A stretch of 63,770 nucleotides of DNA, counting the filler, from Octopus bimaculoides (taxonomy: Eukaryota): assembly GCF_001194135.2 (NCBI RefSeq). It is 5 parts of 5 records of this genome, joined end to end, with 100 filler letters (N's around TTAATTAATTAA, not from the genome) between each part and the next. Parts side by side here need not be neighbours in the genome. Positions count along the whole stretch, not along the records: positions 35,824 to 54,209 come from NC_068985.1; positions 54,310 to 62,186 come from NC_068986.1; 3 more parts are not named here. One strand, 5' to 3'. The position numbers were made by a program, and so were the translations under genes. Under the pieces are notes generated by a model. It searched no databases, had not been told where the DNA came from, and saw only the letters and a program-made list of their open reading frames with translations. Each line of letters begins with the position of its first letter. The first letter of the stretch is position 1. Shown piece after piece: positions 48,394 through 60,966 of the stretch.

Positions 48394-48487
48394 TTCCTGT
48401 CTTTCTTTCTTTCCTCCCTTCTTTCCTTCTTTCTTTCTTTCTTTCTTTCCTCCCTTCTTTCCTTCTTTCTTTCTTTCTTTCTTTCTT

Positions 48488-48524
<37 letters not shown>

Positions 48525-48645
48525 GTTTCTTTGTTTCTTTGTTTCTTTGTTTGTTTGTTTGTTCCTTCCTTCCTTCCTTCCTTCCTTCCTTCCTTCCTTC
48601 CTTCCTTCCTTCCTTCCTTCCTTCCTCCCCCCTCTCTCTCTCTCA
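48328..48645. repeat. Compound tetranucleotide (TTTC)/(TATC)/(TTTG)/(TTCC)
   Basis: Read directly from the sequence. Confidence 0.95.
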
Positions 48646-48884
48646 CTCAAACACTTCCATTCTCTTCTTTCTTTCCCTACTCGTCATCTCAATTAATCTT
48701 GATGTTTGTAGCATTAAATTTTATTATGACAGAGAGAAAAAAAAAAACAAAAAACAAAAAAAAAAGCAAAAAAAAAAAGAACAACAAAAAACTCCACCTA
48801 TCTACTTAGAGCACTCGGTTAATGAAAGTTGCTCTCTTCACTGAAGGACTTGAACTTCGCTCACAGCAAACTAACGAAACTGTT

Positions 48885-49090
48885 TCGAACTTTGGCGCAA
48901 AGCCAGCAATTTTAGAGACAGAAAATTAGTTGGTTACATCAGTCTCAGTACTCGACTGATGCTTTATTTTATCAATCCAGCAAGGATGAAAGGCAAATTT
49001 AACCACTGTTGTATTTGAATTCCCAACGGTTAGAGCCGGAGGAAATGCCGCTAAGTATTTTATCCGGTGTGCTAACCATTCTGCTGGTTC
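48885..49090 (-). mobile_element. Degenerate Meta-like SINE (another at about 47810-47945)
   Basis: TTTATCAATCCAGCAAGGATGAAAGGCAAATT...ATGCCGCTAAGTATTT...GTGCTAACCATTCTG. Confidence 0.7.
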
Positions 49091-49629
49091 GGCTTTTTTT
49101 TTTTTTTACAAGCAAGCAAGCAAACGAAATTGACAAGTCACCAATTCATATGGCTTCGATGTTAACAGAAGCGACCAGCAGTACACCATCCAGTGAAGTC
49201 ATTCATACAGTTTGACGGACTGGGTCGTTGAGAGCTTAGTGTTTCAGCCATGGAAGTAACAAAGTTAAATAAACGAAAACAAGAAGCAAAAAATTCTGTT
49301 TTCGAGAAGAGAAGGTGAACGGCGCTTGTGATTCACATATATACTTATAAACACATGCATACACATATATACACACAGTTATATACTCTCACATATTCAC
49401 AGAACAACAATATAAAGACTTTGGTGATAGAATTTGAAAGAATGTAATAATACACGACATCTGGAGACATTTCAGTTGCATTCATTTGAGCCAATGAAGG
49501 GATCTTCCCATGATTGCTTGGAATCCTAAAAATGCCAGCTAAATCTCCGTTAACAGGAAACCATCTTAGTATATCTAGTATGAAAATTTAATAAAAGTAC
49601 GCAGTGAAATGAAGTGTTTTGCTCAAGAT

Positions 49630-49754
49630 CATAACCCAACGTTCAATCCACTGTTTGGCACCTTGGTCAAGTGTCTTCTACTATAGTGCCAGGCCGAACA
49701 ATGCTTTGTGAGCGAATTTGGTTGACGAAAACTGTATGGAAGCCTGTCGTGTAT

Positions 49755-49805
<51 letters not shown>

Positions 49806-50348
49806 NNNNNNNNNNNNNNNNNNNNNNNNNNNNNNNNNNNNNNNNNNNNNNNNNNNNNNNNNNNNNNNNNNNNNNNNNNNNNNNNNNNNNNNNNNNNNNN
49901 NNNNNNNNNNNNNNNNNNNNNNNNNNNNNNNNNNNNNNNNNNNNNNNNNNNNNNNNNNNNNNNNNNNNNNNNNNNNNNNNNNNNNNNNNNNNNNNNNNNN
50001 NNNNNNNNNNNNNNNNNNNNNNNNNNNNNNNNNNNNNNNNNNNNNNNNNNNNNNNNNNNNNNNNNNNNNNNNNNNNNNNNNNNNNNNNNNNNNNNNNNNN
50101 NNNNNNNNNNNNNNNNNNNNNNNNNNNNNNNNNNNNNNNNNNNNNNNNNNNNNNNNNNNNNNNNNNNNNNNNNNNNNNNNNNNNNNNNNNNNNNNNNNNN
50201 NNNNNNNNNNNNNNNNNNNNNNNNNNNNNNNNNNNNNNNNNNNNNNNNNNNNNNNNNNNNNNNNNNNNNNNNNNNNNNNNNNNNNNNNNNNNNNNNNNNN
50301 NNNNNCACATACATACATACATATATATGTGTGTGTATTTATGTAAGT

Positions 50349-50392
<44 letters not shown>

Positions 50393-50592
50393 GTTCGTGT
50401 TTGTCCCCCACCGCCAACCGCTTAGCAAGCCCTACAGGTTTGTTTACGTTCTCGTAGCTTAGCAACGTGGTACTAGAATACGTACCGCAGTTTAAAAATA
50501 TGTAAGGACTGAGTTCGATTTGTTCGACTGAACTCATCAAGGAGCTGCTCCAGCGTGGCCGTAGCCCCATGACTGAAGCAAGTAAAAGATAA
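49630..50592 (+). mobile_element. CORE-type SINE with expanded, gapped internal (TA)n microsatellite
   Basis: Head and core at 49630-49750 and the matching 3' half at about 50390-50592, on either side of (TA)n and the N gap. Confidence 0.75.
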
Positions 50593-51344
50593 AAAAACTA
50601 AAAGACGCCCGTCATTTTTTTTAGCTTTCTTCAGTGGCCTTATTAACCTCTTACGAACAGAGGTCAAATCCAGCCCTTGTCGACTTTACATGAATCGATA
50701 AAATATCTACAGGTCAAATGCTGGTGGGGATTTCATGAATTATTCCGCCTTCACTCTCCTATCACTAAAAACTAAGTGCCATTTTGCCTGTGCTAAAAAT
50801 TAATAATTTACCAGGATCCACATTTGGTTTGGCTCTGTAAATTCTTTCTCTTTCGTGCAAGATGGAATGAAAACATGTAACTTTATGTTCTCGCTTGATT
50901 AACGGTAGATTAAGTTCGTCCAAACTACAGATAGCTGTAGTTTAACATATTTTAATAATGTTCTTATCATGCTATCGACATGTTCTCTTCAGCTGCCAAT
51001 CTCAACATTTACATGTGGCATTTCCTCTTAAAATAACTCATTTTCTTTTTCTTTTATAAAACTACGATAACCCTTGCTGATTGTATGACGAATCAACGGG
51101 GGCTCCTGTACTTGTTAACTCGATAAAATATTGGTTTGCTAGCTCATAGGTTATTAGTTCAAACATTTCACTGAAGATTCTTTTTTGTTTTTTTTTTCGT
51201 TTTTGTTAATCTGGGCTCTGAATTTGTTACAACAATTTCTTAAAATCAGTGAGCAGTGGTACAGAATATCTTACAACAATCTTTAAGAATATGTACCAAT
51301 CAGTTTTCTTGTGAAATTAATTTAATAGATAATTTTATGATTTT

Positions 51345-51562
51345 CTTTTCTTTTCACACTTAGCACAAAGCCTAAAATTTTGGTGGGAGGAGGCTAGTAG
51401 ATTACATCGACCCCAGAGCTCAACTGGTATTTATTTTATCGACCCTGAAAGGATGAAAGGCATAGTCGACCTCGGAGGTGCTTGTACACAGAACGTAAAA
51501 CCGGAACAAACGACGCGAAGCATTTTGTCAAGTGTGCCAACGATTCTGCTAGCTCACTGCCT
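51345..51562 (-). mobile_element. Meta-like SINE, tail type B
   Basis: TTTATCGACCCTGAAAGGATGAAAGGCATAGTCGACCTCGG. Confidence 0.85.
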
Positions 51563-51600
51563 GAATAATAATAATAATAATAACAATAATAATAATAATA

Positions 51601-51888
51601 ATATAACTCGAATGTGGAATCTAAAAACAGAAACAATTCCTATCATAGTAGGTGCCTTAGGTATAATAAAAAAATATTCAGACAAATACATAACAAAAAC
51701 ACCAGGACTTACAAATATATATAACATACAGAAAATTGCACTACTGGGTACTGCACACATTCTACGCAAAACACTTTCAATACAGTAAACATAAGAGCAC
51801 CACAGCAAACCACAGCACATACCCAAGGCGCACAGAGCTGCGCTCGGTAGTGAAGTGAAAGCACGTTATAAAACTAAAACTACTGAAC
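51601..51888 (+). mobile_element. R4/Dong-type 3' end (distinct subfamily)
   Basis: ITRMWNLKTETIPIIVGALGIIKK...IQKIALLGTAHILRKTL*, then UTR; (AAT)n on both sides. Confidence 0.85.
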
Positions 51889-51957
<69 letters not shown>

Positions 51958-51958
<1 letters not shown>

Positions 51959-52696
51959 GGTGATTTAAAACCGGAAACGGAGGCGCTAATCTTTTCTGCC
52001 CCAAAGCAAGTATTAAGAACTAGTTACATCAACTACAGAATAAACAACACATCAGAAAGAGATAAGTACAAGAATTTGTGGACAAAATGGTGAAACTGTA
52101 TGGCATATTACCAGTCAATGTACGCCACTAGCCCAGAAAGAATATAAGAGATGTCATGACAATATAGCAAGGATTGTCCATTGGACACTTTGCAACAAGT
52201 ATGGACTTGACACAGCAAAAAAATAAAAGTGGTATGAAATCATCATCGAAAATGATAATGCAAAGGTCCTGTGGGATTTTATGATTCAGTGCGACCATGA
52301 GATAGAGAATAGGAAACCAGGAATAGTGAAAATTGAGAAAGAAAGCTGGATCATAGACATAGCATGCCAAGCTGACAACAAGGTATGCGATAAGGAAGAA
52401 AGAAAAGTCGATAGATATGACAGGTTAGCTTGGGAGGTTAAGCAGTTGTGGTCACTGAAAAAGGTGGTAATAATATCAATTATTGTCGGAGCCCTGGGAA
52501 CAGTGAGTAAGAATTTTGAGAAGTACATGGAACAAATAGGGGCTGCAATAATGGAGCACTTGCAGAAAACAGCACTGCTTGGAACTGCTCGAATACTCTG
52601 GATAGTGCTCGAAAAATAAGAGGTGTTACCTTAGTTCACTGGTAGTGAACAGCTGGCACCGTAGTACATCTCCAGCGTTAGAAGCTGTGCAAAGCC
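51958..52696 (+). mobile_element. R4/Dong-type 3' fragment with RLE domain
   Basis: LKPETEALIFSA, HDNIARIVHW, KVLWDF.IQCD..IENRKP, IIDIAC..D..V..KEERKVDRY, IIVGALGTV, QKTALLGTARIL; (AAT)n on both sides. Confidence 0.88.
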
Positions 52697-52720
52697 AATA
52701 ATAATAATAATAATAATAAT

Positions 52721-52755
<35 letters not shown>

Positions 52756-52804
52756 GGAAAGTTTTAGCTGAAAAGAACAAATAGTATAGTACCGTAGTCT
52801 TCAG

Positions 52805-52868
52805 ATAGCAAGCCCACTATGCATGCAAGACTCCAGAAGCTCCAACGAAACCTGTGATAAAGACAAAA
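52805..52868 (+). mobile_element. Extreme 5'-truncated 3' tip of the 45019-46119 family
   Basis: GCAAGACTCCAGAAGCTCCAAC.AAA.CTGTGATAAAGA is shared; followed by (GAT)n/(AAT)n. Confidence 0.8.
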
Positions 52869-52876
52869 TGATGATA

Positions 52877-52938
<62 letters not shown>

Positions 52939-52967
52939 AATAATAATAATATTAATAATAATAATAA

Positions 52968-53186
52968 TAATCCTTGCTACTATAGGCACAAGGCCTGAAA
53001 TTTGCGGGGAGGAGACTAGTCGATTACATCGAACTCTGGATTCAACTGGTACTTATTTTATCGACAGCGAAGGTACGAAAAGCAAAGTCAACCTCGGCGG
53101 AATCTTGAAGTCAGAACGTAGATACGGACGAAGAGCCACGAAGCATTTTGACCGGCGTGTTCACGATTCTGCCTGCTCGCCGCCTT
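52968..53186 (-). mobile_element. Near full-length Meta-like SINE, tail type B
   Basis: TATAGGCACAAGGCCTGAAATTTGCGGGGAGG...CACGATTCTGCCTGCTCGCCGCCTT. Confidence 0.88.
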
Positions 53187-53469
53187 ACATCAGCTATCTA
53201 ATAAGGGCAGAATTTTCGCCAGTCATTTTGACTTAGCAGAAAACAAGTTCTGAGTGGTGAGTTCGCGTCACATCACATCACTCACAATTCTAACCACAGT
53301 GTCTCATGTAACTTACTTTTGTAGCTGCATGCAACTTTGCTTCCCGTCACCAGGTTGATTTAAATATAGAAAGAACTCTTGCCCCTTCCCCACACCACCA
53401 CACTATTTGTTTAAAACTCTAAGGAGTTTCTGTATTCGCTTTCCATTATTTCTTGGCTTTGGGTAAAAA

Positions 53470-54050
53470 AAAAATGCAGAAGAATCAGTTACTTATCATT
53501 TTATTCAACATATTCCCTTCTCAGATTCACACACTTATTGCAGCGGTCCTTCAGTTTTTCTAAGCCCTGTAAAAGAACTCGGAAGGTTGAGCCTCCAGCT
53601 GGGCCGTTTGCGACACCCCTTTTAAAGCCAGCTACTTTTCNNNNNNNNNNTATATATATAAGACATTCTCTTGGTTCTATCTAATTCTAATTTTCCTTCG
53701 CATGCATACATACATACATACATACATACATACATACCTAGATACATACGTAAATTCATAAATGGTACGCAGTCTTATTTCTGTAATTTATTAACACTAA
53801 AGCAGGGGCTGATCAATTACAGCCTTTCTCCTTAGTTTTCGATGCAATTTTTCAAGCGGCCCGAGGGTTTTCGGCTGGTCGCGCAGGCATTTATTCACCG
53901 CTTCCTGCACTTCCTCGTTTGTAGCAAATCGTTGACCTCGTAAAAACGTTTCAACGGTCCAAAGAGGTAACAGTTGGAGTAGTCGATATCTGGACTGTAT
54001 GCAACTCGAAACCCATTGCTAACATAATTTCTAAAGCAACTGACAATACG
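53470..54050 (-). mobile_element. Two mariner C-terminal fragments separated by a gap
   Basis: 53470-53640: GLEKLKDRCNKCVNLR.EYVE*-like. 53760-54050: YSPDIDYSNCYLFGPLK...RFATNEEV. Confidence 0.75.
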
Positions 54051-54314
54051 ATGACCACCACTCCTTCTATCTAACAACCCCTAATAATACGACCACCATT
54101 ATCACTACCACCACTAACTGCACAGCTGCTGTCACCGCATACACCACAACCACAGACACCAACAACACCACTGACCACCACCACCACCACCACCACCACC
54201 ACCACCACCNNNNNNNNNNNNNNNNNNNNNNNNNNNNNNNNNNNNNNNNNNNNTTAATTAATTAANNNNNNNNNNNNNNNNNNNNNNNNNNNNNNNNNNN
54301 NNNNNNNNNTATAT

Positions 54315-54595
54315 ATATTGCGCCGGTAGGCCGCGTCATTCCCCGGCTATTATACCTAACGTACAGACGTGTAGTGTGCGCTCGTCGGGTTTTCGTTTCC
54401 AGTGAACGCATCGAGCAGAAATATTGCATCAAAATTTTGTTAAAAGCTAAGTGATACTCAAGCCCATCCGCAGAACTTTCCTGATGATGTCATGGCCAAA
54501 ACTCAGAACAAGAAGTGGTACAGCTGCTTCAAACATAGCCACACTTCAGTGAAGAGTGAGGCCCTCTGAGGCAGTCCATCCACAAGCCGAAATGT
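54315..54595 (+). mobile_element. mariner N-terminal fragment
   Basis: ERIEQKYCIK, then WYSCFK...TSVKSE..GSPS-like HTH region. Confidence 0.65.
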
Positions 54596-54604
54596 ATATA
54601 TACA

Positions 54605-54965
54605 TCTATCATCTTTTACTTGTTTCAGACATTAAACTGCGAAGCACCGCCTTAAAGAGTACTTAGTCGTATGAATAGTTCCCAAGACTATTATTCCTAA
54701 GTCGGGCACTTATTCTGTCGGTCTCTTTTGCCGAACTTACGGTCATGTTAACATACCAACACAGGATTTCAAGCTGTGATGGGGGACAAACAGACACAAA
54801 GACACAGAAATATGTATATATACGACAGGCTTCTTTCAGGTTCCATCTATCAAATCCACTCACAAAGGCTTGGTCTGTCAGAGGCTATAGCAGAACACAC
54901 TTGCCCAAGGTACCACGCAGTGGAACTAAATACGGGACCATGTGGTTGGGAAGCAAACTCCCAAT
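54605..54965 (-). mobile_element. Full-length CORE-type SINE with unexpanded internal microsatellite
   Basis: Contiguous head, core, short TA/TG tract and tail. Confidence 0.85.
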
Positions 54966-55403
54966 CGCAGGCAAATGAAAAGAAAATGGAGACAAATACA
55001 TACATACATACACACATACATACCTCTATGTGGCCTGTGTGTTTTCTGTACTCCGTTTATCATTTTGTCCACGTTTTTTTTTGCAACGTCCTGTACCCAG
55101 ATATGTATCTATATATACATGTAGATGTAGGTATGTACATACATGTACGTATATATGCATATACTCATATATTATTTGTATTACATACATATATACATAC
55201 ATGAGGACCGTATACTGCAATAACAGTATATGGTTTAAGGGATCTACATGGAGTAGGGATAGATGTTGATAGCTGTTTTTAAGAAACAACTTGGTCACCT
55301 GCTGTCCAGGGTCACAGAAGAACCTACATCTCGTCAAGAAAATCAAAGGATTGGTTGTGTATGTGTATAAACATTTATATACATACGTACATATGTATAT
55401 GCA

Positions 55404-55467
<64 letters not shown>

Positions 55468-55799
55468 TGTATGTATACATGCATCTGTGTGTGTTTCTAT
55501 TATTAACACAACTTAAGTTAAATTATCTGTAATCTGCTGGTTATTTCGCACAATTTCCTCATGTTCTAATTTCTAGAATATTTTGATAACGAAGTGTCTT
55601 GTTTTCTATTACTTTTAGTTTGTTTTATCAACAAACATTATTATTGTTGTTGTTGTTTTTGCTGTTAATTGTGTAGTTACTAGAGTGCCGTTTTTCAATT
55701 ACTCCGTTGCTCAATAAGAAAACTTCCGTTATTACAGTGTTAAAAATGACAGGAAAAACAAACGGTACTTACGTGTAGGGTTTAAGAGGGTGAAAGTGT

Positions 55800-56128
55800 A
55801 AAGGGTAGAGGCCCCCTTCGGTCATGAATGACCGTAGAATTGCACCTAGAAAGTTACCCTCTGAGGCACAACTCCGGGCAAGGTTGTTTATGGAAAACCA
55901 GCAATTGCACATGCATATCATCCTCCCCTCTCCAAGCCGCCGATGTTATCTAAGGAAAAGGCTAAGACCGATACAGCTTGGCACCAATGGCGTCACAACT
56001 CATTTCTACAGCTGAGTAAACGTGAAATAAAGTGCCTTGCTCAAGAATACAACATACAGCCAGGTCCGGGAATCGTGCTCACTACCTCATGATTGTGAGC
56101 CCGACGCTCAAACCACTGACCATGCGCC
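55800..56128 (-). mobile_element. tRNA/CORE-like SINE with RTE-like tail
   Basis: GTGAAATAAAGTGCCTTGCTCAAG core; tail end GGCCCCCTTCGGTCATGAATGACC. Confidence 0.75.
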
Positions 56129-56356
56129 CTAACCATGCGCCTTCATAGAATTTAGAAAAATTTCGTGAAAACGGTAGCGGTGACGCGGTAGTATGTCGCC
56201 AATATTTTTGCGCGAACCGGTAGAACATCAAATAAAATTTATTGCGTGGTTTTAAATCTTCAGAATATTACTGAAAGAGATTTTTTGCTTTTCATATCTC
56301 CGATGTCGATAGAATAATGTATGTGGTAAATACTAATGCTAATAGGATTGACGACA

Positions 56357-56550
56357 TTAAGGTGGCGTGCTGATAGAATGTCGGCTTTTCGACATTCTCT
56401 ACGTTCTGTTTTCAAAATCCGTTGTGGTCGAATTTGCTTTTCCTCCTTTCGAAGTCGATAAAATAAGTACCAGCTGAATACTTGATTCGATGTAATTGGC
56501 TTACCTCCCACCCCAGGAATTGCTGAACTTGAGCCAAAATTTAAAACCGG
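56357..56550 (+). mobile_element. Degenerate Meta-like SINE in plus orientation
   Basis: AAGGTGGCGTGCTG...TTTGCTTTTCCTCCTTTCGAAGTCGATAAAATAAGTACCAG. Confidence 0.75.
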
Positions 56551-56785
56551 TATTATTGACAACATCCCTCCTATGAAATGTGCGCCTTTGGTTAAGGTGA
56601 GTAAACACAAAGATCAATATTTGTGCTACAAACAGGAGTGAAGTGACAGAATCGGTAGGATATCGGATAAAAATGGCTGCAGTATCTTTACGTTCTTTGC
56701 ATTGTATACCTCTAGTTCGAAAAATAAAGTAACAATTAATTGCACGAGTCGATGTCATCGGTACCAAAACTAATTACCAAGACAC

Positions 56786-57026
56786 AAAATATTTATTTCT
56801 TTATTGCCCACAGGGGGCTAAACATAGAGGGGACAAACAGGGACAGACAAAGAGATTAAGTCGATTACATCGATCCCAGTGCGCAACTGGTACTTAATTT
56901 ATCGACCCCGAAAGGATGAAAGGCAAAGTCGACCTCGGCGGAATTTGAACTCAGAACGTAACGGCAGACGAAATATCGCTAAGCATTTCGCCCGGCGTGC
57001 TAATGATTCTGCCAGCTCGCCGTCTT
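56786..57026 (-). mobile_element. Full-length, young Meta-like SINE, tail type A
   Basis: Intact head, core and tail; near-identical to 1-191. Confidence 0.92.
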
Positions 57027-57054
57027 ACTACTACTACTACTACTACAAAATATT

Positions 57055-57116
<62 letters not shown>

Positions 57117-57659
57117 TGTAGTTGTTATTTCTCATTAAAACAAATTCACACATTTTGGAGGTGGTTTTAGAAATAAGTAGAAGACATTTCGCTTCGCATT
57201 ACCCACTGATGACTCCCGGGAAGGTATGACTATCATAATACGATACCAGTGCTGCAGTAGACATTTCATATGATTAGACAAATACCACTGTTACTACCAC
57301 GGCCATTTCGTTGTTTGTTGCAGCAATCTTAATATTTATTGTGAAATGGTTTTTTCTTTTGCTATTTAAGTTCCAATTATATTATGAAAGAGAAGTGGAA
57401 TTTTCCTGCTTCTACAACTAAATAAATGTATATGGTATGTATATCTTGTTTTAAATGTATTTTTAGTGAACCTGATATATGTTTTTTCGTACCTTCTACT
57501 AATTCTATGTTGCCCTTATAAACTTAATCTTTCAGCAGGCATTTTCTGTTCGAAAAACACTTCTTTTATATCTCTAGTTACATTCAGGTTTGACCGGTTA
57601 TGTAGTGCTACTGGACTTTTGACTACGCGTAGCATCTTGAACGAGCTTTTTTCTAATAT

Positions 57660-57782
57660 CCTTTCTGCTACAGGCATATGACCTGAAATTTGGGGTAGGG
57701 GTAAGTCGATTACATCGACCGCAGTACGTAACTGGTACTTATTTCATCGACCCCGAAAAGATGAAAGGCAAACTCGACCTCA
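57660..57782 (-). mobile_element. 5'-truncated Meta-like SINE with 16-bp TSD
   Basis: AGCTTTTTTCTAATAT at 57644-57659 and 57783-57798. Confidence 0.9.
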
Positions 57783-58419
57783 AGCTTTTTTCTAATATAA
57801 CTACCTGATGACACAAGTATTGCGAGAGAAATTAGGCTGACGGATTCTGGGTGAAAGCCTGTGAGATAGACTGTATCTATACTGTAAAAATGCCAAACTT
57901 GTCATATATTTTTTCTCGCTGTTTATGCATGAGAATTACATCAAGTGTACACGTGATTGCGTAAATTGCAGCCATGCGCACTCTAGCACAGTGAGTGGAG
58001 CAACCGGTTCTTTTGATCGAACAAATGGAATAATCTTCGCCGATACTGACGAAGGATCTAATTACTTCACTTTCGCTTTTTTTAAGTATGCATGTATGCG
58101 TATGTGTATATTGTATGTGTGTATGACAATGAATTTAGTAACTAAAACAAAACAAAACAAAGAAAAGGTTTTCAGTAATGTATTACTTAGCTTAGAAGAG
58201 CATTTAGGAGTGGGAGAAGCACACACATACATACGAACGTATATACATACACGCGCGCACACACATACACACACATATGTGTTTGTGTGTGTGTGTGTGT
58301 ATAAATAGATAGACATATATATAGATCAATGGATAGATAGATAGATAGATAGATAAATAGATAGACAGATAGATAGATAGATATACGCACATACATATAA
58401 ACACAAGAACACAAAGCTA

Positions 58420-58688
58420 CAACTGGCTCTCCGTCGGTTACTACGATGAGTGTTCCGGTTGAACCGATCACGGGAACAGCTGAATGTTCCACGGACACTC
58501 ATACTCTCAACGTAATTCCCAGGGATTTTAGCGTGACACAGAATGGGATAAGGCTGGCCCTTTGAAATACAGGGACTACGGAAAATAAAGTGTCTTGCTC
58601 AAGGATATAGTGAACCGCCGGGAATCGAACTCCTGAACTTAGGACCGAAGGCTGAATACCCTAACCACTAGGCCATACGCCCTCACAA
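58420..58688 (-). mobile_element. SINE of the 37145-37465 type, diverged
   Basis: GTTCCGGTTGAACCGATCACGGGAACAG; AATAAAGTGTCTTGCTCAAGGA; GGGAATCGAACTCC. Confidence 0.8.
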
Positions 58689-58724
58689 GAAAATCCACAA
58701 ATACACACTCCAGTACTCAGAGGT

Positions 58725-58763
<39 letters not shown>

Positions 58764-59386
58764 TATATATATATATGCAAAATGACATTCACTCACACAC
58801 ACACACGCAGGCGCGCGCACACACCCACACACACACACATTAATACGACACACAACACACAAACACACATATACGAACATATAGACACCACTGTACNNNN
58901 NNNNNNNNNNNNNNNNNNNNNNNNNNNNNNNNNNNNNNNNNNNNNNNNNNNNNNNNNNNNNNNNNNNNNNNNNNNNNNNNNNNNNNNNNNNNNNNNNNNN
59001 NNNNNNNNNNNNNNNNNNNNNNNNNNNNNNNNNNNNNNNNNNNNNNNNNNNNNNNNNNNNNNNNNNNNNNNNNNNNNNNNNNNNNNNNNNNNNNNNNNNN
59101 NNNNNNNNNNNNNNNNNNNNNNNNNNNNNNNNNNNNNNNNNNNNNNNNNNNNNNNNNNNNNNNNNNNNNNNNNNNNNNNNNNNNNNNNNNNNNNNNNNNN
59201 NNNNNNNNNNNNNNNNNNNNNNNNNNNNNNNNNNNNNNNNNNNNNNNNNNNNNNNNNNNNNNNNNNNNNNNNNNNNNNNNNNNNNNNNNNNNNNNNNNNN
59301 NNNNNNNNNNNNNNNNNNNNNNNNNNNNNNNNNNNNNNNNNNNNNNNNNNNNNNNNNNNNNNNNNNNNNNNNNNNNNNNNNNNNNN

Positions 59387-59463
<77 letters not shown>

Positions 59464-59633
59464 GGTATTTTAACATTGATAATGGGTTGTTTCACTAATC
59501 TTCATCATATATATATGGGTGTTTACAGACATATGTATAATTATATCTACACATACCCACGTACCCATGCATTAGAGGATGAAGCATACAAAAACAAGCA
59601 ATTATCATTCTGATTACACACACACACGTATAA

Positions 59634-59714
<81 letters not shown>

Positions 59715-59744
59715 CATACATATATATATATATATACGTATATA

Positions 59745-59830
<86 letters not shown>

Positions 59831-60264
59831 CATATATATTTATGTATATATATGTGTGTGTGTGTATCTATATACATATGTACACGCATACATACATAAA
59901 TAGAAACACACACTCACATGCGCTCATGAACACACAAAGTGCCCACAGATTCTGAGATAGACTTATCAAAATATTATTTGTAAAAACGCTGTCGCTTTGA
60001 AATACTAGTACGAACGATCGAACCCATGCAGTTACCAGCCGCCCAGTTTCACGCAAGAGTCATAATCTGACTCGATTATTTCATAAAATACTCTTGTTCA
60101 ATAAATCCCGCTGTGCAGTCGAACCCGAGACTTTTTGATTTGTGAAGTGAACAGCTGTATACACGTAGAGAAGCATTTCGCCACACCCACTGCTTCCAGC
60201 CAAATTACCAATAACCTAACAATGTGTCTATTGACATATCTGCATCGGCAACTTCTCTACAACA

Positions 60265-60830
60265 AACCAGCATTACTGTCCGCCACCACCACGGACACCA
60301 ACACCAATACCATCTCCACCACCACCACCACCACCACCATCACCAGTAGCACTACCACCACCACCACAATGCCCACCACTACCCCTACTACCTCCACTAT
60401 TACTATCACCACTATCACCATCATCACCACCACCACAACAACTACTACCACCACTACCACCATCACCGCCATACCACCAGCAGTACCACTACCACTACCA
60501 CCATCACCACCACCACAACCACCACTACAATCACCACCACTACAATCACCCCCCTATAACCTCACCACCATCATCACTAGCACTAGTACTCCCACCATTA
60601 CTACTACCACCACTACTAATACAACCATCACCACCATACTACCACCACCACCATCACCCCTACTACCTCCACTATAATCATTAGCCATCACCATTACTAT
60701 TACCCCACCCCACCACCACCACCACCACCACTACTACCACCACTACTACCACCAGTATCACCACTATCAACACCAGTACCACAATCACATCACCACCTGA
60801 ACACCACCATCGCCATTCCACCATCACAGC
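60265..60830. repeat. ACC/ACT/ATC low-complexity tract
   Basis: Read directly from the sequence. Confidence 0.9.
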
Positions 60831-60966
60831 GACAATAAGTGTAGAAATAGCAGTCAAATGCCACTCATATCATAATCAAGTGTCTTTAAGAGGAATTGCG
60901 AAAGAGTGATCTGGTAATGTAGGTCCTTATATACAAACAGACGCATTGGTCATGGATAGAATGCCC

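Noticed and set aside
57206-57811. CTGATGA at 57206 and 57805 as hammerhead cores
   Set aside because: No stem II closed by GAAA and no stem I.
5453-59498. Long ORFs of 140-490 aa in the ORF track
   Set aside because: They are runs of X across N gaps, which contain no stop codons.
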